From the NCBI GenBank assembly GCA_036390255.1, contig DASWCE010000006.1, positions 3,975 through 67,974 of the forward strand: a stretch of DNA of 64,000 bases, in the 5' to 3' direction. Under the pieces are notes generated by a model that saw only the letters and a list, made by a program, of their open reading frames with translations, did no database searches and was not told where the DNA came from. Numbering within the stretch: position 1 is the stretch's first letter; each line of letters opens with the position of its first letter. This stretch comes from Gemmatimonadales bacterium (lineage in GTDB: Bacteria; Gemmatimonadota; Gemmatimonadetes; Gemmatimonadales; GWC2-71-9). Position numbers and translations under genes: made by a program. Shown here one piece after another: positions 41,877 through 48,688 of the stretch.

Positions 41877-42463
41877 AAATCGACACGGCGTTCGCCACGC
41901 TGCCGCTGCCGGGGCAGACGGAATCGGGCGACCTGTGTCTCATCAAGCGTGTGGGGAAGGGGACGCTCATCGCGGTCGCGGACGGGCTGGGGCACGGCCA
42001 GGAAGCCGCGTCGGCCGCGCACGCCGCCGTCGCCGCGGTCGACCGCTACGCGCGCGAGCCGCTCATAGACCTGGTGCGCCGCTGCCACGAGGCGTTGGTG
42101 GGGCTGCGCGGCGTCGTGCTCGGACTGGCGTATCTCGATCCGCAGGCGGCGACGATGGCGTGGCTGGGCGTCGGCAACGTCAGCGGTATCCTGTTGCGCG
42201 CCGATCTCGGCAATCGTCCCTCGCGTGTCTCCCTCGTGCCAAGCGCGGGATTCATCGGTGCCGAGCCGGCGCATCCCACGACGCGGTCCGTGCCGCTGGC
42301 CCTCGGCGACACCGTCATTCTCTTCTCCGACGGCATCAAGGATGGATTTGCCGAGTCGCTCGTGCTCTCCAATAGTCCGCAGGAGATCGCCGACTTCGTC
42401 ATCACCCGCCACGTGAAGGGCAACGATGACGCGCTCGTGCTGGTAGCACGCTACGGCCGCTAA
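41858..42463 (+). CDS. rsbX: RsbX-like PP2C (SpoIIE-family) phosphatase
   Basis: About 200 aa, single domain: ESGDLCLI, VADGLGHGQEAA, FSDGI, and a terminal DDALVLV. An alternative TTG start at 41873 overlaps the rsbT stop. Confidence 0.8.
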   Translation: MAAGHLKIDTAFATLPLPGQTESGDLCLIKRVGKGTLIAVADGLGHGQEAASAAHAAVAAVDRYAREPLIDLVRRCHEALVGLRGVVLGLAYLDPQAATMAWLGVGNVSGILLRADLGNRPSRVSLVPSAGFIGAEPAHPTTRSVPLALGDTVILFSDGIKDGFAESLVLSNSPQEIADFVITRHVKGNDDALVLVARYGR

Positions 42464-42494
42464 TCCCCCGGACATAGCCTCAGCCCCACCTCCC

Positions 42495-42521
42495 CGGGCC
42501 GGTTCACTCACGACCGGCCCG
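42495..42521 (+). terminator. candidate hairpin after rsbX
   Basis: CGGGCCGGT (42495-42503) pairs with ACCGGCCCG (42513-42521) around a 9-nt loop. No U-tract. Confidence 0.35.
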
Positions 42522-42536
42522 CTGCGATCGGTCGTC

Positions 42537-43817
42537 TTGCGGCTCGCCGCACCCGCCGTCGCAATGATGGCGTGCCATTTCTCCTTCAATCTGATCGACA
42601 GCATCTGGGTGGGCCGTCTCATTGGACCGGCGGCGCTCGCGGCGGTCTCGACGGCGGGGTTCTACATCTGGGTCGCGCTCAGTCTCGGCGAGATGGTCGA
42701 GATCGGATTGATCGCGGTCGCCGCGCGACGGCACGGCGAGGGATACCCGGAACGCGCGGCGCGGGTCGCGGCGGCCGCGGTGGTCTATGCATTGCTCGTG
42801 GGTCTGGTGGTCAGCATCGTGGGTTGGGCGGTGGCGGGCACGATGTTTCGCGTCATGAAGGTGCCGGCCGACGTCGGCACGCTCGGCCACGCGTATCTCT
42901 CGACCTGGCTGCTCGGGGCGCCGCTCGTGTTTGGATTTTTCGCCATCGAGGCCACGTTCCGTGCCTCGGGTGATACGCGAACACCGTTCATGATGCTCGC
43001 GGGCTCCGTGGCCGTCTCCATCGTGCTCGATCCGCTGCTGATCGTCGGCGTGGGCCCGTTCCCACGGCTCGGCGTCGAGGGTGCGGCGCTGGCGTCGGTG
43101 ATGGTGCGCGGCGGCGGGTTCCTGCTCGGATCGGTCATCGCGCTGCGGCGCGGCCTCGTCCGGTTCGCGGCGCCTGACTGGCGCGCTATCCCAACGATCG
43201 TACGCATCGGCGCGCCTTTGTCGTTAGCCGGCGTCCTCCTGTCGATCATCTATATGTGGCTCACGCGGTTTACGTCACGTTTCGGCACGCCCGCGCTCGC
43301 CGCCCTGGGCGTGGGCCATAAGATGGAAGGGCTCGGCTTTATCGCGATCAGCGGTTTCGCGTTGGCCGCCAGCGCCCTCGTAGGCCAGAATCTTGGCGCA
43401 AGGCAGGAAGCCCGGGCGCGGGAGGCGGTACGACTGACCGTCGGTTATTGCCTCGTGGTCACCGTAACGACGGCCGTCGCGTTTCTGCTTATTCCCGAGC
43501 GCCTCGTGGCACTGTTCACGCACGATGCGCAGGTGATCAAGGATGGCGTGCTCTACTTGCGGGTGATCTCGTTCGCGCAGATCGGGCAGAGCTTTGAGCT
43601 GATTCTCGAAGGCGCGTTGGCAGGGGCGGGTTATACGTTCTGGCCACAGATCGTGAGCACGACATTAACCGCCATGCGGATTCCCCTCGCGGCCTGGTGG
43701 TCGCGCGCGATCGGCTTGCTCGGTATCTGGCTCGCGTTGAGTATCACCGCGATCTCACGCGGGATCGCCATGATCCTCTTCTGGAAGGGCGGACGGTGGC
43801 GTACCGTCAGGGTCTGA
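42537..43817 (+). CDS. MATE-family efflux transporter
   Basis: 12-TM protein with a typical N-terminus (LAAPAVAMMACHFSFNLIDSIWVGRLIGPAALAAVS) and the internal duplication characteristic of MATE transporters. Confidence 0.9.
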   Translation: MRLAAPAVAMMACHFSFNLIDSIWVGRLIGPAALAAVSTAGFYIWVALSLGEMVEIGLIAVAARRHGEGYPERAARVAAAAVVYALLVGLVVSIVGWAVAGTMFRVMKVPADVGTLGHAYLSTWLLGAPLVFGFFAIEATFRASGDTRTPFMMLAGSVAVSIVLDPLLIVGVGPFPRLGVEGAALASVMVRGGGFLLGSVIALRRGLVRFAAPDWRAIPTIVRIGAPLSLAGVLLSIIYMWLTRFTSRFGTPALAALGVGHKMEGLGFIAISGFALAASALVGQNLGARQEARAREAVRLTVGYCLVVTVTTAVAFLLIPERLVALFTHDAQVIKDGVLYLRVISFAQIGQSFELILEGALAGAGYTFWPQIVSTTLTAMRIPLAAWWSRAIGLLGIWLALSITAISRGIAMILFWKGGRWRTVRV

Positions 43818-43820
43818 GCC

Positions 43821-44561
43821 ATGACGATCGTCACGCTGCTTACTGACTTCGGCACCGCCGACAGCTACGTCGCTGAGATGAAGGGCGTGCTCTCGACGTA
43901 TGCTCCGAAGGCGACACTGGTCGATATCACCCATGAAGTGTCGCCCGGTGACGTGCGCGCCGCACAGTACATTCTCAGCCGGACCTGGATGTTCTTTCCT
44001 GAGGGCACGATTTACGTTGCGGTGGTTGATGCTGGTGTTGGCACCGACAGGCGCGTGCTCGGGGCGACGCGATTTGGTCGATACTTCCTCGCCCCGGACA
44101 ACGGGCTGCTCTCGTTCTTGTCCCTGAACGCGAACTTCGTCTCGATTCCCGTGGTCCCTGAAGCAGCGCCGACGTTCCATGGCCGCGACGTCTTTGCGCC
44201 CGCCGCGGGCGTGCTGGCGACGGGCGGACCATTCGAGTCGCTGGGCACGGCGATTACCGATCCGCTCTACGCGCCGTTACCGATCCCCAAGACCGACGGA
44301 GACGCGGTCGTGGGTGAAGTGCTCCACGTCGATCGCTTCGGCACGCTCGTCTCCAATATTTCCCCAAGCGCCTTGAAGCCGGGAGCGAGCATTCGTGTCG
44401 CGGGAGTAGACGTGGGTCCCCTGCGCCGCACGTTCGCGGACGTCGCATCGGGAGCGCTGGTAGCGTTTACGGGTTCCGGAGGTACGGTTGAGATTGCCGT
44501 GCGGGACGGCAACGCGATGAGGATGTTGGGTGTTGGTGTGGGAGCGCAGGTGCGGGCGTAA
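43821..44561 (+). CDS. SAM hydroxide adenosyltransferase / chlorinase-fluorinase family (DUF62)
   Basis: N-terminal VTLLTDFGTADSYVAEMKGV, VVDAGVGT and LAPDNGLL are hallmarks of this family. Confidence 0.85.
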   Translation: MTIVTLLTDFGTADSYVAEMKGVLSTYAPKATLVDITHEVSPGDVRAAQYILSRTWMFFPEGTIYVAVVDAGVGTDRRVLGATRFGRYFLAPDNGLLSFLSLNANFVSIPVVPEAAPTFHGRDVFAPAAGVLATGGPFESLGTAITDPLYAPLPIPKTDGDAVVGEVLHVDRFGTLVSNISPSALKPGASIRVAGVDVGPLRRTFADVASGALVAFTGSGGTVEIAVRDGNAMRMLGVGVGAQVRA

Positions 44562-44566
44562 AATAC

Positions 44567-44594
44567 GTAGGGGCGCAGCATGCTGCGCCCCTAC
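44567..44594. terminator. bidirectional hairpin between convergent genes
   Basis: Perfect 28-nt palindrome GTAGGGGCGCAGCA/TGCTGCGCCCCTAC, lying between the plus-strand stop at 44561 and the minus-strand stop at 44617. Confidence 0.65.
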
Positions 44595-44616
44595 TGCATC
44601 CGCACGACCTACTGAA

Positions 44617-44859
44617 TTACGCCGTCCAATCTCCCGATGGCGTCGGCACCTTCACATGCGCCATCACCCGATCGGCGAAGCCAGCGCTCGGCGCAAACTT
44701 CGGAAGCTGAACCAATTCGAGAATAACCTTGCGCTCCCGTTCGGCTTCGGTCCGGCAGAGGGAGCAATCAGCAAGGTGCACGGCCCGGGCAGCGGGAAGG
44801 AGACCCTGCGCCCAGAGCTCGATTTCGTCGGTAGTGAGATGCATGGAGATGTCAGTCAT
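44617..44859 (-). CDS. small soluble zinc-binding (ZAS-type) anti-sigma factor
   Basis: 80 aa located immediately downstream of the ECF sigma gene. It has an H-x3-C-x2-C motif (HLADCSLC) and no TM segment. Confidence 0.6.
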   Translation of the reverse strand: MTDISMHLTTDEIELWAQGLLPAARAVHLADCSLCRTEAERERKVILELVQLPKFAPSAGFADRVMAHVKVPTPSGDWTA

Positions 44860-44892
44860 TGGGTGTCCTACGGCCCGGTTTCGGCCCTGGTT

Positions 44893-45477
44893 TCAGTCCC
44901 GGCGATCTTCCAGATAACCGCGCAATTCATTACGGGCCCGGTGGATATAAGTTTTGACGGTCCCCAGGGGCAGATCCAGCGTGTCCGCGATCTCCTCGTA
45001 GGAATACCCCTCGACGTGACGTAGCAAAATGCACGACCGGTACTCCGGCCGCAGCCGGGCGATCGCCCGCTCGATTGCCGTGCCCAGCTCACGGTTCTCG
45101 ACTTCAGCCAGCGGGCTCTCCGCGCGGTCGCCGAGCTGCAGCGACGTCGCGCGCACCTGCTCCGGCGTCTCGGCGCTGGGCGCGCCGTCGAGCGACAGCG
45201 TGTCGATGTTCTTCCGGCGCAGATGATCGATCGCCGCGTTGTTCGCGATTTTGAAAATCCAGGACGAGAACTTGAATTCGGGCCGATACGATTTGATGCC
45301 GTTCAGGACCTTGATGAACGTTTCCTGCGCGAGATCCTCCGCCAGTGTGCGATCGCGCACCATGCGATAGAGAAGCGAAAACACCGGCCGTTCGTAGCGA
45401 CGGACCAGCTCGCGGAACGCCGCGTCATGTCCCTGTTTTGCCCACGCGACGACCTGCTGATCGCTGGCGTCGCTCAG
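44893..45477 (-). CDS. ECF (sigma-70 group 4) RNA polymerase sigma factor
   Basis: Region 2 (DLAQETFIKV...FKFSSWIFKIANNAAIDHLRR) and region 4 (CILLRHVEGYSYEEIADTLDLPLGTVKTYIHRAR). Conserved region 2.1 (DQQVVAWAKQG..AFRELVRRYERPVF) lies upstream of the first canonical start (GTG 45384). Only CTG 45477 or ATA 45504 precede it, so the 5' end is given at the CTG. Confidence 0.85.
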   Translation of the reverse strand: MSDASDQQVVAWAKQGHDAAFRELVRRYERPVFSLLYRMVRDRTLAEDLAQETFIKVLNGIKSYRPEFKFSSWIFKIANNAAIDHLRRKNIDTLSLDGAPSAETPEQVRATSLQLGDRAESPLAEVENRELGTAIERAIARLRPEYRSCILLRHVEGYSYEEIADTLDLPLGTVKTYIHRARNELRGYLEDRRD

Positions 45478-45502
45478 GTGGTCCGGCCTATCTTTCGCGC
45501 CT

Positions 45503-46192
45503 ATGGGTCGTTCTCCAGCCTACGTCCGTGGCATGTTCACGGCGATTGCCCCGCGCTACGATTTCCTGAACCACCTGCTGAGCCTCAACGTGGATCGGTC
45601 CTGGCGCCGCACCGCCGTCGCGCGGCTCGGGTGGGAAGCGAAACCCGACGGCACCTATCTCGATCTCTGTGCCGGCACGCTCGATCTAGCGGCGGAACTG
45701 GCGCGGCGCGACGGCTTTCGCGGCCGCGTGATCGGCGCCGATTTCGTGCTGCCGATGCTCGCGCTCGGCAAGGACAAGGCGCCGCGGACCGTTCCGGTGG
45801 CCGCCGACGCGCTGGCGCTGCCGTTTCCAGCGGCGCGGTTTGACGGCGCCCTGGTGGGATTTGGCGTACGCAACGTTGCCGACCTCGACAGGGCTTTGAG
45901 CGAAGCGGCCCGCGTGCTCAAACCGGGGGCGCGATTCGTGATCCTGGAATTCGCGACGCCCCGGTGGGCGCTGCTGCGCGCGATCTACCTCTTCTATTTT
46001 CGCCGGATTCTCCCCGCCATCGGCCGGCTCGTGTCGAAACATAGAGACGCCTATACCTACCTGCCAGAGTCGGTGCTCGCGTTTCCGGAACCCGAGGCGC
46101 TGTCGCAGCACATGGTGGCGGCGGGGTTTTCGCGCGTGGGATTCGAGCGCCTGACCGGCGGCATCTGCGCCGTCCACCATGGCACTCGATAA
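45503..46192 (+). CDS. ubiE: demethylmenaquinone/ubiquinone C-methyltransferase
   Basis: MFTAIAPRYDFLNHLLSL, the SAM motif LDLCAGTLDL, and the C-terminal RDAYTYLPESV..FP. Confidence 0.9.
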   Translation: MGRSPAYVRGMFTAIAPRYDFLNHLLSLNVDRSWRRTAVARLGWEAKPDGTYLDLCAGTLDLAAELARRDGFRGRVIGADFVLPMLALGKDKAPRTVPVAADALALPFPAARFDGALVGFGVRNVADLDRALSEAARVLKPGARFVILEFATPRWALLRAIYLFYFRRILPAIGRLVSKHRDAYTYLPESVLAFPEPEALSQHMVAAGFSRVGFERLTGGICAVHHGTR

Positions 46193-47654
46193 TCTTCGGG
46201 AGTTCGTCAGCGCGATCGACAAATCGGGCGATCTCACGCGCGTCACCCGTCCCGTGTCGGTCGATAAGGAAATCACTGAAATCGCCGACCGTTGCATGAA
46301 ATCGCCCGGCGGCGGGCCGGCGCTGCTCTTCACGCAGCCGACCCTCCCCAGCGGCGGCAAGTCGCGATATCCCGTCGCGGTCAACTTGTTCGGCTCGGAG
46401 AAGCGCATGTCGCTGGCGCTCGGCGTTGAGTGCCTCGACCATGTCGGCGCGCGCATCGCCGAGCTGCTCGCGATGAAGGTGCCCGAAGGCTTGCTGGGCA
46501 AGCTCGCGATGCTGCCACGGCTCGCCGAAGTCGCGAAGTTTCCGCCCAAGACCGTCAGTCGCCCCGCCAGCCAGAATACCGTTCTCAAGGATTCAGACGT
46601 CGACCTCACGCACTTTCCCGTGCCGATCTGCTGGCCCGAAGACGGCGGGCCGTATATCACCCTCGGCGGAGTCATTACGCGTGATCCGGCGTCCGGTGTC
46701 CGCAACGTCGGCATGTACCGGGTCCAAGTGCTGAGCGAGAACACGCTGGCGATGCATTGGCAACGTCACAAAGTCGGCGCGGCGCACTGGCGCACGATGG
46801 CCGAGCGCGGCGAAACGATGCCGGTCGCGATTGCGCTGGGAGGGGACCCCGCGAGCATCTATGCCGCGTCCGCGCCGTTGCCGCCGACGATCGACGAGTT
46901 TCTGTTCGCCGGATTTCTGCGGGGCGAGCCGGTGCGGCTCGCCAAGGCCATCACGTCCGATCTCGAGGTCCCCGCCGAGGCCGAGATCATGATCGAGGGA
47001 TACATCGACCCCGGGGAGGAGCTGGTGCTCGAGGGTCCGTTCGGGGACCACACGGGGTTCTACTCGCTCGCGGATTACTATCCCAAAGTCCACGTGACTG
47101 CGGTGACGTTGCGCGACGATCCGATCTGGCCGCACACGATCGTCGGCCGCCCGCCGATGGAGGACTATTTCCTCGGCCACGCCACGGAACGGATCTTCCT
47201 GCCGCTGCTGCGGCTCACGATCCCGGAGATTGTGGACCTCCACATGCCTGCCGAGGGGATTTTTCACAATCTGGTGTTCGTGAGCATCGACAAGCAGTAC
47301 CCGGGGCAGGCGTACAAAGTGATGAACGGATTGTGGGGGCAGGGGCTGATGTCGCTCGCCAAGGTAATCGTCGTGGTGGACAAGGACGTGAACGTGCGCG
47401 ATCCCAAGGAAGCCTGGTGGGTGGCGCTGAATCACATCGACCCCGAGCGCGACGTGCGCTTTACGATGGGACCGATCGACGTCCTCGATCATTCCAGCCG
47501 CGCCTTCACGTACGGATCGAAGATGGGAATCGACGCCACGCGGAAGTGGAAAGAAGAGGGCTTCGGGCGCGAGTGGCCGAACAAGATCGTGATGGACCCC
47601 GAGACGAAGCAGCGCATTGATGAGATCTGGAAGGACCTGGGGATTGACCTCTGA
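46179..47654 (+). CDS. UbiD-family (prenylated-FMN dependent) decarboxylase
   Basis: 491 aa: LREFVSAIDKSGDL, GMYRVQV, and EGPFGDHTGFYS. It overlaps ubiE by 14 nt. Confidence 0.9.
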   Translation: MALDNLREFVSAIDKSGDLTRVTRPVSVDKEITEIADRCMKSPGGGPALLFTQPTLPSGGKSRYPVAVNLFGSEKRMSLALGVECLDHVGARIAELLAMKVPEGLLGKLAMLPRLAEVAKFPPKTVSRPASQNTVLKDSDVDLTHFPVPICWPEDGGPYITLGGVITRDPASGVRNVGMYRVQVLSENTLAMHWQRHKVGAAHWRTMAERGETMPVAIALGGDPASIYAASAPLPPTIDEFLFAGFLRGEPVRLAKAITSDLEVPAEAEIMIEGYIDPGEELVLEGPFGDHTGFYSLADYYPKVHVTAVTLRDDPIWPHTIVGRPPMEDYFLGHATERIFLPLLRLTIPEIVDLHMPAEGIFHNLVFVSIDKQYPGQAYKVMNGLWGQGLMSLAKVIVVVDKDVNVRDPKEAWWVALNHIDPERDVRFTMGPIDVLDHSSRAFTYGSKMGIDATRKWKEEGFGREWPNKIVMDPETKQRIDEIWKDLGIDL

Positions 47655-48543
47655 CCGCCGCGAAGGCCAGACGTTTGGCGGCGAGTCACTGTTCGTCCGC
47701 TACGTGAACTTCGTCAAGCTCCCGCACACGATTTTTGCGCTGCCGTTCGCGTTGCTCGGCGTCATCGTCGCGTCGTACATCCAGCCGGTCACGTGGCGTT
47801 CGGGCGTCCTGGTGGTCATCGCATTCACGGCGGCCCGGTTCGTGGCGATGGGCTTCAATCGCATCGCCGATCGGCGCATCGACGCCCGAAACCCGCGCAC
47901 GCAAGGTCGCGAGCTGCCGGCGGGTCGGTTGACGGTCAGCCAGGCGTGGGCCGCTGTGCTCGCCGCGATGGTCGTCTTTCTGTGGGCGGCGTGGGCGTTG
48001 AATCCGTTGTGCGCGGCGCTCGCGCCGGTCGCGCTTGTCTGGATCGCGGTCTACAGCTACACCAAACGCTTCACCGACTGGACACACCTCTGGCTGGGCG
48101 GCGCGCTCGCGATCGCGCCGGTCGGTGGGTACATCGCGATCACCGGTGCCTGGAGCGAGCCGTGGTGGCTGCTGCTGGTGGTCGCGCTGGCGGTGATGTG
48201 TTGGGTGGCGGGGTTCGACATCTTCTACGCGCTGCAGGATGAGACGTTCGATCGGAGTGAGGGGTTGCGGTCGGTGGTGGTGCGGATGGGGCAGGGTTGG
48301 GCCATTATCGTCGCGAAGCTGCTGCATGGTGCCGCGATTGCCGCGCTGATTCTGTTCGGAAAGGGCGCGGGCTTAGGATTGCCCTATTTCGCGGGCGTGA
48401 TGCTCGCGGTTGTCGTCCTCGGGTGGGAGCACCGGCAGGTCAAACCCGGCGACTTGTCGAAGCTGAATGCGGTGTTTTTCACGGCCAATGGGATTGTGAG
48501 CATTGTGGTGTTTGTGGGAGCGTTGGTGGATCGGATTCTATGA
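47617..48543 (+). CDS. UbiA-family aromatic prenyltransferase
   Basis: About 8 TM segments. First Asp-rich motif NRIADRRIDARNPRT and second motif ALQDETFD. The start is uncertain: ATG 47617 overlaps the UbiD gene, and GTG 47704 is an alternative. Confidence 0.85.
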   Translation: MMRSGRTWGLTSDRREGQTFGGESLFVRYVNFVKLPHTIFALPFALLGVIVASYIQPVTWRSGVLVVIAFTAARFVAMGFNRIADRRIDARNPRTQGRELPAGRLTVSQAWAAVLAAMVVFLWAAWALNPLCAALAPVALVWIAVYSYTKRFTDWTHLWLGGALAIAPVGGYIAITGAWSEPWWLLLVVALAVMCWVAGFDIFYALQDETFDRSEGLRSVVVRMGQGWAIIVAKLLHGAAIAALILFGKGAGLGLPYFAGVMLAVVVLGWEHRQVKPGDLSKLNAVFFTANGIVSIVVFVGALVDRIL

Positions 48544-48547
48544 GAAA

Positions 48548-48636
48548 GGGGAGGGGGGACGGGGGACGAGGGAAGGGTACACCGAACCCTAAGCGCTCGG
48601 TTTTACCCTTCCCCCGTCCCTCGTCCCCCGTCCCCC
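48548..48636. terminator. long imperfect G/C-rich hairpin between convergent genes
   Basis: AAGGGTA (48573-48579) pairs with TACCCTT (48604-48610). Positions 48554-48572 pair with 48618-48636 after a 7-nt bulge. The arms are built of GGGGGAC / GTCCCCC heptad-like units. Confidence 0.5.
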
Positions 48637-48688
48637 AAGGCCCGCCCCGGCATCCCAAACGCTCCCCCACTCCGAATCGCCGCGGGCG

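Noticed and set aside
45478-45600. ECF-type autoregulatory promoter (GGAAC-N16/17-CGT-like) upstream of the sigma gene
   Set aside because: Partial matches (GGAAAT..., TGAACA...) have the wrong spacing to any -10-like CGT element, and the region is inside ubiE coding sequence. This is not supportable by eye.
48548-48636. Possible CRISPR array or other tandem-repeat locus (heptad-like GGGGGAC units)
   Set aside because: The units are 7 nt long, imperfect and arranged as an inverted repeat. There are no 25-40-nt direct repeats with unique spacers and no cas genes. No CRISPR array is present in the window.
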